Shown: positions 35,925 to 48,399 of the stretch, one piece after another | How the letters are laid out: each line of letters begins with the position of its first letter | Position numbering within the stretch: the first letter of the stretch is position 1 | Assembly (NCBI RefSeq): GCF_009834535.1 | Contig: NC_045697.1 | Location: forward strand, 18,354,001 to 18,418,000 | From: Camelus ferus | Taxonomy: Eukaryota | Reading direction: 5' to 3' | DNA length: 64,000 bases | Program-made: the position numbers and the translations under genes | The notes under the pieces: model-generated | What the model was told of the DNA's origin: nothing | The model's input: only the letters and a program-made list of their open reading frames with translations | The model's database searches: none

Positions 35925-37059
35925 GGAACTATGGCAGTTTTTCTGGACTTTTGGCCCATTGATGCCCTTGTATTTATAAAAGAACAGAGAGGTATAAGAG
36001 GTTGTTTAATGTAAGAAACATTGAAATTTTATTTGTCATCTCCCTGGATGTGAAGTTTCCACTTATTTTAGGTTTTGGTGTCTCTTTTCCACAGAGAGGG
36101 GCCTTCGACACATAGATTGATATTCCCAGAATAAAAGCAGAATCCTCTAAAAACCAGGATCTCACAGAGCAGGGAGATGGTGCTTGTTCCTGATGGGAAG
36201 TAAATCTAGATTCACTTCTAGCTGGAAGGAAGCAGGCCAAAATTCAGATTTGTAGGTCCCTGGCCTGGGTGGATGTTCTAGAACGTGAACCATAAACCTC
36301 CATCACTTATCTTGGCAGATAGAAAATTGGGATTTGGGAGGAAAGTTTTGCCTCAGGCGTTCAGATCCAATAAATGCTCCTGCTTCTTGCTGACTCCTAA
36401 ACGCTCTATCTAGCAGGCTGCAAATGATGCCCTGGACCACGTATTGACTGGAGCCACCTGGAGCACGATTCCATGCCATCACTCACTTTCTGTATTGCAT
36501 TCTTTCTTCTTCCCTTTTGTTCTTCTGCTCAGTGACACTTCAGGAAAGCCAACACAGATTAATTCGAACACACTTCCTTGGTGCCAAGATTGTAAGGTGG
36601 CAATAGAACAGAGAATGAGAACATGGACTCTTCAGTGGGTTCAAATTCTGACTCTGCCACTTACCAGTTTTGTGGCTTGAGGCAAGACCGAATCTTTCCT
36701 TGCCTCACTTTCCCCATTTGTAAAATGTCATAATGTCTGTCGTGTCTGGGTAGAGATTAGATGAAATCTTATGTTTGAGCAGATGAGATCAAGCACATAG
36801 CAGGCACTTAATTAATGTTTGTTGTTATTATTGTGGTTATTACACTGAAAGAATTGGGTTAAATAATATGTGATCTCTCATCAGGGCCTTAAAATCTAGT
36901 ATGTAAGATAAAAGACACAAACTATTTTCATATAGGCAAAAGGAGATAAACATTTTAATCAGTATGTGGGAAAAGAGAGTTGTGCTGGATTAAAGATAAC
37001 TGCAGAGCTGGGGTCTAGCCCCCGTCCAATGCCCCAACTCCCACCTTGAAACTAGTCCA

Positions 37060-37440
37060 GCCATGATCTTTGACCAATAGAATGTAGCTGAAATGACTCC
37101 AGGTGCCTCCCAAGTCTAAGCCATCAGGAGACCTGTGACTCAACTCCTGATTTCCCTGGGATGCTCTCTCTTGGAATGGAGCCTCCATGCTGGGAGATGC
37201 CGCCTATAAGTGCTCCCCTTGGTCCAGCTGAGCACCGGCTCTCAGCTATAGGTGTGAGCTGTCTTAGATCGTACAGTCCAACCAAGCCTCCAAACGAATT
37301 TAGCTGTACCAGCACCCAGCTACCCCTTGTGATGCAGAAGAATGCCTAGTAAACCCACAGCATTTCCAGAGATAGTAAATTATTGTTTTAATTTTTAAGC
37401 ACATTTTGGGTAGTTAGTTATGCAGCCAAAAATAATCCAA
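37060..37440 (+). mobile_element. Old MaLR LTR (MLT1G/H/I-like)
   Basis: TTTGACCAATAGAATGTAGCTGAAATGAC; TTTTGGGTAGTTAGTTATGCAGC near the end. Confidence 0.55.
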
Positions 37441-37899
37441 ATGGGAGTTTAGGAGAGAAGAGCGCATTTCAAGTCAAGTGATCTAGAAGATTTCCTAGAA
37501 GAAGTGGGATTTGAGAACATCCTTGGAGAGAAGGACTATACGAGAGGCTTTGGGGAGAAAGTCGTTCCAGAAAGAGGGAAGACTTAGAGCAAAGACCCAG
37601 AGGCGGGCAGAGGCAGGCTGCATTTAGCACCTGGCAAATGGATCCGGCTGCTGGAGGGAGGCGCTGGGCGAGAGAGAGGGAGAACGAGGAGCCGAGAGGG
37701 TTGTTCAGGGTCACGTCATGGTGGCTCTGGGGACGAGCTCACTTTGATCCCAGGAAGGAAAACTCATTCCTGCTCTTCTGAGTACAGGGGCTCTGTGGGA
37801 AACATCAGGGCTCTGTGGGTAAGGGAGACAGGCATCTGAGTAAAGAATGAAAACCGCAGAGCAGCTGGACTTCCCCCAAAGACACTGGCTTTGGAGGTT

Positions 37900-38325
37900 T
37901 GCTCAGGACCCCCCCACCCCCACCCAGAGGCTCTGCATCACACACACAGTAACATCCAATGGCCTCTGTGATCCGTGAGGCAGAGGGCATGGTGTCCTTG
38001 TCCAGATCATCTCCATATCCCCTCCGCTCACTCCTCTCCAGTTGCACCAACCTCCTTGCTGTTCTTTGAAGAGTGAGTGCATGGTGGGCTCGGCACTTTT
38101 GCACTCACAGTTCCCTCCACGTGGCTGGTTCATCCTCCCAGTAGTCACATGGCTCCCCCTTCTCTTCATTCAGGTCTCTGCCACCTTCTCAGAGATCCTT
38201 CCTTGATTCCCAATTTAAAATAGCGGACCCCACTCCCTACCCCCAGTCCCCTTGCTGGCTCTACTTTTCTCTCCAGCACTTATTACTCCATTTATTTATT
38301 GAGTGAATGAGTGAGTGAATGAGTT
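37900..38325 (+). mobile_element. L2 LINE fragment
   Basis: CCTCCTTGCTGTTCTTTGAA, TCATTCAGGTCTCTGC; ends TGAGTGAATGAGTGAGTGAATGA. Confidence 0.65.
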
Positions 38326-38495
38326 ATGGACTGTCCCTTTAGCTTCCTTTCATCTGGAGTAACCCCTTCCCCTAGTTTTTTGTCCCCCCCCCCCCCACTT
38401 AGAATCCTTTCTTTCCACCTATGGCTTCCAGAGAAATTAAAACACAATGCCAGAGCTTTCTAAACCTCTTCTATTTTTTGAAGGGGGAGGGAGGA

Positions 38496-39262
38496 TTTTT
38501 TTTTTAAATAGATTTTATTTTCTAGAGCAGTTTTAGGTTCCCAGAAAAACTGAGCAGAGAGTATAAACAGTTCCTGTATATCCTCTGCCCTCACATACCC
38601 ACTGCCTCCCCCACTCTCAACACCCTCCACCAGAGGGGTACCTGCATTACAAATTATAAACCTACAATGACGCATGATTATCATCCAAAGTCCATAGTTT
38701 ATGTGATGGTTCATTCATGGTGTTGTATACACTGTGGGTTGGGACAAATGTATAACAACAGGAATCCACTATTATGGTACCACACCAAGTATTTGCACTT
38801 CCCTTCAGATCCTCTGGGTTCTGTCTATTCATCCCTCTCTGTCCCCTAAACTCTGGCAGACACTGATCTTCTTACTGTCTCTATAGTTTTGCCTTTTCCA
38901 GAAAGTCATGTAGTTGAAATCATATAGTATGTAGATGTAGACTTCAGACTGCCTTTTTTCATTTAGTAATACACACTTAAGTTTCCTCCATGCCTTTTCA
39001 TGGCTTGATAGCTCATTCTTTTTAGGTCTGTATAATATCCCATTGTCTGAATGCACCTCAGTTTATTTATCTGTTCACCTACTGAAGGACATAGTGGTTG
39101 CCTCCAAGTTTTAGCAATTTTGATCAAAGCTGCTACAAACAGCCGTGTGTGGGTTTTTGAGTAGACACAAGTTTTCAACTCCTTTGGCTAAATTCCAAGG
39201 AGAGTAATTGCTGGATTGTATGGGAAGGGTATGTTCAATTTTGTAAGAAATTGCCAAACTGT
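38496..39262 (-). mobile_element. L1MC1/2-like 3' end
   Basis: T-rich tail, then TAGAGCAGTTTTAGGTTC...TTATCATCCAAAGTCCATAGTTTA...GCTTGATAGCTCATT...CACCTACTGAAGGACAT...AGAAATTGCCAAACTGTC. Confidence 0.85.
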
Positions 39263-41259
39263 CCTCATTTTTTAAATCTATTGAGTATTTACCTCCCCAA
39301 CTAGAATACAAGCACCACAAGGGCGAGAACATTATCTAATGCTTAGAACAGTGCCTGACATATAGCAAGTGCTCCGCAAAATGGTAGAAGTCAACAAATG
39401 AATAAACGAATCCCAGGAAGCCCCTCGAGTTTCAGGCATCTCATTACTTCTCAGCAGCAGGGATTTGTGGGTCTTCATTTTCAGTCTCCTCCATTCTCTG
39501 CTTCCTGCTCTTCCCAGGCAATTCCTCCCCCATCTACTCAGCCCAGCGTTTCTCTCCCAGCTTCTGCTGACTCATCACCATGGCTGACTCACAGCTCCCC
39601 TAGTGTTGCTACCGCCTCTCCCTGTGCATCTACTCCCTCTGTCAACCTCTCAAGCCTGACTTTCCAGCTAAAATTCCAGAGGCAAAAAGTCTGATTGGGT
39701 CAGCCCATTCCCCGCTTGGCAGAGATTTGGGGTCTTATGCCCATGCTGATTCAATCAGCTGCAGCCACGGGCACAGAGCTTGGCAGCCAAGACCTCGAGC
39801 ATTAGTCTTTCACTCAGTTGGAGCACATGGATGCAGCAGTGACCTTTAGTGGCCTGCTGACCAGAACCTGGGGTCCAGGATGAATAATCCATACTTTAGA
39901 AAGACACCAAAGGCTTCTGAGAAGATCAGTGATTGACCAGATCTGTGGTTTCCAAAGTTACCTTTGGTTGCCCCATGAGTGAGATAGCTTACTGACTGAG
40001 GATGTCACTAAGAGGATAACAAGTTCAAGACAGTTGGGCAGCCGTGGTGAAAACGAGCGGACACGTCCTCGAAGCAAGCCAGTGGCCGTGAAAGTGAGGT
40101 GGAGGAAGCAGGAGCAAGTGGGTGTGGAAGCTGAAGATGGCCATCAGGCACAGGAGGCTGGGGTTTAGCAGAAAGGCTGGGTCCAGACACCGGAAGTCAT
40201 AAAGACATTAGTTAAAATTGTGGGCTGGACATTTGGGGGGAATCTCTCGGATATAAAGAACAGGTCAAAGAAGAAAAACTTAAACAAGTGATTTAAATGG
40301 GAAATATTTATGCAGATGGGTAGAGACTCAGAGACTCACAGTGCCCAAGAAAAATAGGGAAGCATTTCCCTGGCTCACTCTCATATTCTCAAAAGCACAG
40401 GGTCCAGAGGGTCCTGCATTACATCCCATGCTGCTCCAAACGCCAAGTTTCTAGTCTGCCTAATTTCCCGCAGAAGGTAATGATCCTTCTTGGGAATCCA
40501 CAATAGTCTAAAAATACATCAGCTGCAGTGCCACAATTAGTAGAGCTGCTGTCCCAGGAAACCCTCATCACATTTTGCTTAGATCAGAGAGTGGATTAAC
40601 TTTGATGTCTGTCTGAACCTTGTGTGAGACACCACTGGTGGTCCCCTTCCTGCAAGCAGTCAATCTTCACATCCAAGGGAAGACGGAGAAAGTGCCGGAT
40701 AGAAGCCCAAACCAATTTTTTATCTCGGTGATTGAGATGAAAATATGCACCCTAGGACTCCTAACGTATTTGATTTGCATCCTGTCTCCCTACGTCCCTT
40801 GAGCTGTCTCTCCCTCTGCACGAATACCTTCCAGACCCAAACCTCCTGCAGCATTCGCAAACATTAGCACAGCTATGAAGCCCCAAGCCCTTCAGCCATG
40901 CCATGTGTTGGAGGTAATTATGGAAATTTCCTTATCTGTTAGGGCGCCTAGTGGTACGCAACCGAAACGTACTCTAACTGAAGTCCAAAGGGAGTTTACC
41001 GGAATCATACGGGGTGGCTTATAGAATACAATGAACAGCTGAGAACCAGACTGCAAGGGGGAACGAGGGAAGCTCCGGGATCACAGGCAAGCAGGAGCTA
41101 GTCAATCATCGTACCAGGACATTTGCAATGGAAGAAATCCACTGCAACTGTGCTGTCTGTCCTTGTGTCGCTGTCCTCATGATTCTTATTCCTGGGAGAA
41201 AAAGAACAATTGGGCCCAGTTGGAATTGAACCCATATTCAGACATGGTGAGCTCACTGA

Positions 41260-41490
41260 CTTTGTGAGGCAGTTTAGACTGGTGGTAAGAGCAGGTGTTT
41301 GGAGCCAGTCTGGATCTGAATCCAGGCTCTGCCACTTACTAGCCATGTGACCTTGAGCTAGTCATTTTGCTATGCCTCAGCTTCTCTCTCTGAAAGTGGG
41401 GATGCCTACCCACGGGGACTGGTGAGTACTCACCAGGTAAACCTGTGATAGTGGTCGGCACAGGGGAAGTGTCCTACAGCCTTGATATCA
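41260..41490 (+). mobile_element. MIR SINE
   Basis: TGAATCCAGGCTCTGCCACTTACTAGCCATGTGACCTTGAGC. Confidence 0.8.
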
Positions 41491-42384
41491 GTACTGCTAG
41501 GAATGCCCAGGGCCCCAGCCAAGAATGCCAAGACGAGAGGTCATTCTCTGAAAGGAATCAGGAGCTATTATTAGGGAAGGCCGAGTGTCCAAAATGACTA
41601 TCCACAGCCAACATCTTATCCTTCCACCAGACTGTAGTTACCTTGAGGACAACAGACCCTCCTGTTAATTCACTGCCGCATCCAAGAGGGCCGGAAAAGT
41701 GCTGGGCTCAGTGAACCTTTGTCAAACACGCAAATGTTGACCACTTCCCTTCTATGTTCCTAATCAACTAGCACAGTGCTTTGTATTTGCTGATTGAATC
41801 TATAGGTCGGTGGGATAGTCAAGAAAGGGGAGAACACTGGGATCAAAAAGATGAACTTGTATTTGGTAGGACTCAGTTGCAGGCAAGTGATAGGTAACTA
41901 GTTTGAGTAGGATGATGCTAATAAGCTATAGATGGGCTATGCCGTTGGTATAGATTATTGTGTTTGTATAGATTATAGGCTGGCTGCTGGCCAGACTAAA
42001 ACCTCTAGATCAGCATGAGGGGCAGAGAAACCACGTTACTTTCCACATCACCCTGGAGAGGGGGTGGCTCACCTGTCCCACATTGGTGGGGTCCCTGCCA
42101 CAGAGGCACTATTGGTACCTCATGAGGACATCCCGGCATTCTCTGTACTGGCTTTCGGAGCCTCTGAGGCTAGGGCTCAGCCAGCCATCTGCCAAGCTTG
42201 ATCATGGAACTAGTAAGATGTCACGGAGGAGCACACCAGATTAGGAATCATCAGAGTTCAGCCCTGGTCCTGGCTCAGCCAATGGTGTGCGGTCTCTGGC
42301 TCTCAGTGACCTGATCTAAAAAATAGGGTAATTTCCGACTTGGAGCTCATGGAGGTGTTGAGCAAATGCAGTCACACCCATGGT

Positions 42385-42940
42385 GATTTCATCTGGAACT
42401 CCTTCTGTTTTAAAAGACAGAACCCAACTCAAAGTGGCTTCAGTGAAGAGGGGACTTTATTGGTTCGTGTTACTGAGAAATTCAGGCACAACTGGCTTCA
42501 GGGCTCAAATGTATGTCAGTATCTGATTTCTCCCCATCTCTCAGCTCTCCCTCTGCTCTACTGTCCTCATTCTCCATCTCTAAATGGTGGTCCCCTGCAG
42601 TTCCAGAGTCTCATCCCTTCAGGTTCAAATCCAGCTTTCCAGCAGCTGGGATAGACTATGGTTGGCTGAGCATGGGTCATTTGGCCAGAAAGATGCAGCC
42701 CCATTGGACAATCAGGCCTGGGTCCAGTGCCAATCAATCTCTGTGATGAGAGAGGGAGCTTGGTCAGGTTTGATTATATGCTTAACCCCCAGAGCTGGGA
42801 AAGAGTCAGGAGTAGGGCAGGGGGTGAAGCCCCCGTTTACCTCACAGATTAAGAATGGTAGAGGAGAGGAATGAAAGATATCTGGAATACTATTAACAGA
42901 AAGAGAAAGGGCTGCTGGGTGGCTAAAATGACAAATGCAC
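42385..42940 (-). mobile_element. Old MaLR LTR (MLT1K/L-like)
   Basis: GACAGAACCCAACTCAAAGTGGCTT...TTTATTGGTTCGTGTTACTGAGAA...TTCAGGCACAACTGGCTTCAGGGCTCAAA. Confidence 0.6.
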
Positions 42941-44159
42941 AGAACGCTTGAGATTTTCAGATCAGGTGATATAAAGCACGCATCGCAGCTTCCCTCTTTG
43001 CTATAAAGGCTTCTGTCTTCACCCTAACAAGCTCCTGCAGTGCCCGCGGAGCAGCTGTCTCACCCTACAGTCATCTGTCTTCCTCCTCTGAACTTCTGTA
43101 GCCCGCAGGACCGTATCACTCATCAGCAATAGGCTGCGTCCGGTCATTAGTTATCTTTTTATGTATATGTCCTGTCTCTTTGGCCACATGGCAGGATCCT
43201 GGAGAGCAAGGGTCACGTCTTATTCATCTTTGTATCCCCCATAGCACTTTGCCTGGCGTTTGGGGCACAGCAGACAGTCTATAAATCGGCTGACAGTTCA
43301 AATACCTGATTTATAAGCTCCTGGAACCACGAAGGTAAATAGTAGCCTGACTCAACTGCAAAACTACAGAGAAAGAGGAAATCTGTGTCCTCTGCACCAT
43401 TTTCTGGACTAAATAACGATGTTGGGGGGTGTCAAGATTTTCTGGGGTCGTCTTTGTTCCCCAGCTCCCGGCTGCTGGTAGCATTCTTATTTACAAAGGG
43501 TTGAGTGAAAGCCTAGGGAATCTTGGTCTCAGCTGCCCAGTACCCCTGGGCCGGGGAAGGGGCAGGTCTTATACTGCAGCAGCCCACCTAGAAGCACGGA
43601 GGATGGCGATCCTAGGAAGAGGAAGAAGGTGTCTGTCCTCGGTGGTTTCCACCCCAGGCTCCCTGCCCTGCACTGATCTCTATTTACTCCCCACTGTGCT
43701 TCATAACCCTGACATTCAGCAAAGGGAAGAGGGAGAGAGGAGGGAATGGAAAATCGGAGTCAGAAAAGATCTACTTGTAGTTTGGATGTTGAAACAACAT
43801 TCCTCCCAGGCTAGTCTCGATTCAGGAGCCCCTCTGGCTCCGATTTCAGAATTCCCTGCAGGCCATCTTGGGCCTGGCGATTTGCACCTTTGTCTCTAAT
43901 ACCCTCAAACCGCCCTTTGGGCCCAAATCTGAGCAGCCAAGCCAGGATTCCCTCACTTGTAAATGATATGAGGATTAAATCAGCCAGCCATAGAGAGCCT
44001 CCACCTAACGGTGTAGTCACTAAAATCAAATCAATTTGAAGAACGAAAAAGCGTGGTTGGTAATGAAGGCAGTGCTAAACGAGGTCTGAAGAGTGGTTGG
44101 TGGAGCGGCTAAGAGGAGAACCAGGTTGAGCGGGCAGAACAGGGAACAGAGAGCAGTAA

Positions 44160-44720
44160 AGGTCCACATTCAAATCGCAGCCGGCGCTCGTCCAGTGCAG
44201 CGCGCAGTCAGCGAGCGCCGGGGAGGCAGTGCCCCGGGTCCCAGGCCCCGCCCCCGCCCCGCCCCGCCCTAGCTCCACCCAGCCCCTAGGCCCCGCCTCT
44301 GGTTCCACCCCTGCCCCAACCTCGCTCCGCCCCATCCCCGCCCCTCCTCCTAGCCCCGCCTCCAAGGCCCGGAAGCGAAAGCCGGTACTCTTCCTCCGAG
44401 CGGGGTCACGACCCAGCCGGCGTGAGTCTGAATTCCGAGAGTGCGGGGTGCTCAGCGGGTCAGGGCAGCCCCTGGCTGTAGCCATGTCCCCGAACCTACG
44501 CACCGCTTTCATTTTCGGCGGCTTCATCTCCCTGATCGGCGCCGCCTTCTACCCCATCTACTTCCGGCCTCTAATGCGGCTAGAAGAGTACCGTGAGTGA
44601 CCTCTGACTCCGCGTGGTGGCCTGGCTCCAGTAACTCCCCCACTTCCCTTCGTCCTTTCCACGTGGGGCTATGGAGGGAGGTGGCTGGCGAGTCAGGGAG
44701 ACGCGGGGTCGAATCCCACT
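44160..44720 (+). promoter_or_regulatory. SMIM20: SMIM20 CpG-island promoter
   Basis: CpG-rich; tandem GC boxes (CCCCGCCC repeats, 44245-44360); ETS site CCGGAAG at 44369-44375; no TATA box seen; Kozak GCCATG at 44481-44486. Confidence 0.85.
44484..44592 (+). CDS. SMIM20: SMIM20 coding exon 1 (aa 1-36, includes the transmembrane helix)
   Basis: Translates to [36 protein letters not shown], recognisable as the SMIM20/MITRAC7 N-terminus; donor C|GTGAGT, phase 1. Confidence 0.97.
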
Positions 44721-44899
44721 ATGTGCCCCTTTGTGTGACCTTGGACAACCTCTCGGACCCCCAACATCCTCATCAGTAGTTATCTGTTTTTACAGTACCT
44801 TAATATAAAACCATCTATTCTCTGGTGAGACTCAAAAATTTCACAGAGTAGGTCAACACTAAATACTAGTTTATACTCAGTGACATTCACTGAAGGCTT

Positions 44900-45080
44900 A
44901 TGTAGTCTCGTAAGGCAAACACTGGATCGTTTAATTTACACAAGCTTACTTTGAGGTAGGTATTATCTGTTTTACAGGTGGGGAAATTGAGGCTCAGAGA
45001 GGTTGTATAACATGCCCAAGGTCACACAGCTGGTAAATGGGGCAAGACAAATATTCCAAGTCCAGCCTCTGTCTCCAGAC
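44900..45080 (-). mobile_element. MIR SINE
   Basis: TTTTACAGGTGGGGAAATTGAGGCTCAGAGAGGTT...TGCCCAAGGTCACACAGCTGGTAAATGG. Confidence 0.8.
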
Positions 45081-45891
45081 ATAATTTCACACACTGAAGA
45101 TGGGAATGGTGATGTGGGAATGGGCCTTAATTAATCTTGAACTTGAAGGTGTTTTTATTGCACTTCATTTCCACTCCCAAAGATGTCTTTGAGTGGAAAT
45201 GTTTCAAACCTAAACTGTTAACCTGGGTTTTGAGTTTTTCCACTCCTTTCTCCTCAAATCTTTTTTCAGATTCTGCTGTCTTCCTTCATTTTTAATCTGG
45301 TTGCTCATATGACAATGGTGAATATCCTGGGAGTAATTTTCTTCCTTAATCATTCAAGTCCTATCATTCGAAAAGCCAAACTCTCCTTCCCTGAGACCTA
45401 TACCTCAGCAAGGATTAGCACTTTGATACATCTGAAACCATCTGTCAGAGAGAAAATATAAGGCATTAGAGGCTCATTTTGTTCTCCAGGAAACCTGAAT
45501 CATCTTGAAGATGGAAGGGGGCCAAACCTGCCCCTTGAGAGTATTAGCGGAGGCTGAGAGCTTGGTGATTTGAAGGCGAAAGCTCCGTGTAAATGTTCTG
45601 CCCGTTACAAATGCTACATTTGGTTTCTGAGGCAGAGTGTTTTAAGTACACACTAAAATTTCCTTGTAGCCAGGATTGAAATGGCTTCTGCATTCTGCCT
45701 TCCAGCCTATCTCCATGCACCATGCGTGGGGGTGAACATGGGACTGTGTGAAGCCCTGAATAATCTATCTACATTACCCCTGGGTACTGGATCCCTGCTC
45801 CAGGCTATTTTATTACAACCTCTAGAGTTGAACTGGGGACAAGGGAGTCTGCTTGGGATCCCACTAGAAAAGTTTTAGTTGTGAAGACTAG

Positions 45892-46129
45892 AGCTGGCTC
45901 TCAACTGGGGATGATTTTTGTCCCCCTGCTCCCCAGGGGACATTTGGTTCTATCTGGAGACATTTTTGCTTGTCACAAAATGGGTGGGGTGGGATGGGTG
46001 TGCTACTAACATCTAGTGCATAGAGGCCGGGGTTGCTGCTAAACTTTCTGCAGTGCAACGGGACAGCCCCCTCATGACAAAGAATTACCCAGCCCAAAAT
46101 GTGATCAGCCCTGAGCTTGAGAAACCCTG
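45892..46129. mobile_element. MER20 DNA transposon in SMIM20 intron 1
   Basis: CTCAACTGGGGATGATTTT...CCCCAGGGGACATTTGG...TCTGGAGACATTTTTG...ACAAAGAATTACCCAGCCCAAAATGT...TTGAGAAACCCTG. Confidence 0.88.
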
Positions 46130-46389
46130 CCCTGGTCAGAATATCAAGGCGTCTGTGCTGTGTCTCCCAACAGCAGTCTTACAGGGCTAGTCCAGAGTCC
46201 GTAGTTGAGTGAGTCACCCTGAGACAGACAAATTAGGCCTTTTAAGTGAACGTTTAGTGCTCGTGGCTACAATAGCTGCATTTTTAACTATAAGATGATC
46301 TACACCTGCCCACATTCCTGGTTCAATTTTAATTTGGACAACTTTTATCTGAGAGTTGTAATTGATTCCTTAAATGGGTAAATGACACA

Positions 46390-46850
46390 AAACAGCTAAT
46401 GTTTATTGAAAGCTTATTGTATGTCTGACACTCTTCCATGCACTTCATATATATTAACTCATTTGGTTCTCATAACAACTGTGTATGGTAGTTGCTATGG
46501 GATCATCATCCCCATTTTGCATGTGGACAGACTAAGGTAGGAATAGTTACCTTGCACAGGGACTCCCAGCTGATGAGTCACAGATCTGGAATTTGAACAG
46601 TGTCCTAAATCGCTACACCAGGGAACCATGCTGCCTTTCTAAGAGGGTGAGAATAAGTTAGATGAGGGTCTAAATCCTTTACTAGATGAGGATCTTAAGG
46701 TGAGTTACTTAACCTTTCTGAGCCTGGCCTTTTTCCTCATCTGTAACAGTGGAATTAGCAGAACCGAATGTACAGGTTTTGGAGAGAATTAAATGAGATA
46801 ACAGATGTGGAAACACTTTGTCTTATGTTAGGCATCGCATAAAAACATTT
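46390..46850. mobile_element. Two MIR SINEs in opposite orientation
   Basis: - copy CATCCCCATTTTGCATGTGG (about 46390-46640); + copy GTTACTTAACCTTTCTGAGCCT...CCTCATCTGTAA...ATTAAATGAGATAA. Confidence 0.7.
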
Positions 46851-47299
46851 CAAAAATAAGGAGCCACAGGGGCAGGGAAATGAGACAAGGGGATTTAAAC
46901 AGGTGGACAGACCCAAAGCTGGCTGACCTGGCAGTAAACTGAGGTCCCATCAGGTGAGGCATTAGTGACTGGGTCATGGGAACCCGCTGTGAGGACAGAG
47001 CTTCAGTTCACTTTGACACATTCAACTAGCATTTGTTTAGCTTCCTTTTCATTTTTTTAAAACCCGAATTTTAGCAGTTGCTGTGTATCTGGCACTGTGT
47101 TAGATGCCGGATGTATATGACTGGACAAGATGGTCAGAGCTCTTCTTTCATGTCACTGTCCCCACCCTTGCCCAGTCCTCGAACTCTGAGCTGGTCTCCC
47201 TGCTCCACTAGGCCCCCGCGACCACCCTCTCTCTACCCAGCAGCCACGGGGGTTTTCCTAGCTGCTTTGTTGTTGCTGATCTACCTTCTTTTCATTTGG

Positions 47300-48330
47300 G
47301 GTCAAAGAATTCAGACTATGATTTTGACTCTTTGATGTTGGTCAAGATTTGCTTTGTGACTTGGTACAAGTCAATTTTTGCAAATGTTCCTTGTGTGCTG
47401 GGAATGATGTATGTCCTCTCGGTTTGGGGTACAGAGTTCTGTCTGTGACGGTTTCAGAACAAGCTTCTTAATTCTGTTACTTAGATATCTTGAGGCCATA
47501 TTATTCAGTGCACACAATCTAGAATATTCTGGAGAATTTTTTCGATTATCATTATGTAAGAGTCCTTTTTACCCCTAATACTCCTCCCCAACTCTGTTTT
47601 ATCTGATACTATCATCGTTACCAGTTTTCTGTTGGTTAGTGTTTTCCTGGTGTGTGTGTGTGTATATACACTCTTATATTTAGCCTTTATTTGTCCTTAA
47701 GTCTTATAACCACCCTAAACTGGGATTTTTAAAAAATCCAATCTGATCATCTTTTTTAACTGTTAGATTGGAATCATTTTCACTTATGTTTACTGATATA
47801 TTTACATTTATTTTCCTTGTCTTGTGTTTTCCATTTATTCTTCTGTTTCTCTACTCCCTTCTTTGCTCCTTTTCTGCCTGCAAGCCTTCTTTGTTTAATT
47901 TCTCCCACTCTACTAGTTTGAAAGTTTTACATTGTATTTTTCTTCCATTGTGATTACAGTTTAAAGTTAGTCAATACCTTCACCTCCTGTGAAATATACA
48001 AAGACCTGAGGATGGGCAGCCCCGTCCCATGTGCCCCGCTCACCCTGCCTGGTGTTTGTGGCTCCCCAAATCACTTAGTACCACCAGCATTTTACACAGG
48101 CACTGATTGTCTCTCTTTACCCTCATTCTTTACTCACTGATCCTTCTTTTATCTCACTCCTTTCTAGTTTCAGTTTTCTCCATTCTGAAATACATCTGTT
48201 TATATTTCTTTGATGAGAAATTGTAACTGGGAAAATCCACTCTTGTGTGTCAGTGTAGAACTCCAGGTCTTCTGCTGTGGCTGTTGAGAAGTCGACCGTC
48301 GTGCTATTTGTTCTTTGAATTTGATCATCT
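47300..48330 (-). mobile_element. Old L1 (L1ME-like) ORF2 fragment
   Basis: T-rich strand with GTCAATTTTTGCAAATGTTCC and AATCCAATCTGA motifs typical of antisense L1M. Confidence 0.6.
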
Positions 48331-48399
48331 CACTTGCTTGTTTAAAATACTTCAATAACCCTCTGCTGTCCTCAGAGTCCAGCCAGTGGAGAATCACTG

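Noticed and set aside
880..40780. Enrichment of octamer motifs (880, 7840, 26013, 40773)
   Set aside because: About 2-3 copies are expected by chance in 64 kb on both strands, so the count is not informative; only the local contexts are reported.
44229..44483. 85-codon in-frame N-terminal extension of SMIM20 from a GTG
   Set aside because: It runs through the GC-box promoter, is Pro-rich low complexity, and the ATG at 44484 has a good context and matches the known start.
44075..44527. 150-aa antisense ORF over the SMIM20 promoter
   Set aside because: Gly/Ala/Arg-rich by-product of the CpG island, with no homology recognised.
44593..44600. Unspliced 38-aa SMIM20 ending ...EEYRE*
   Set aside because: Simple read-through of a strong GTGAGT donor; nothing supports intron retention.
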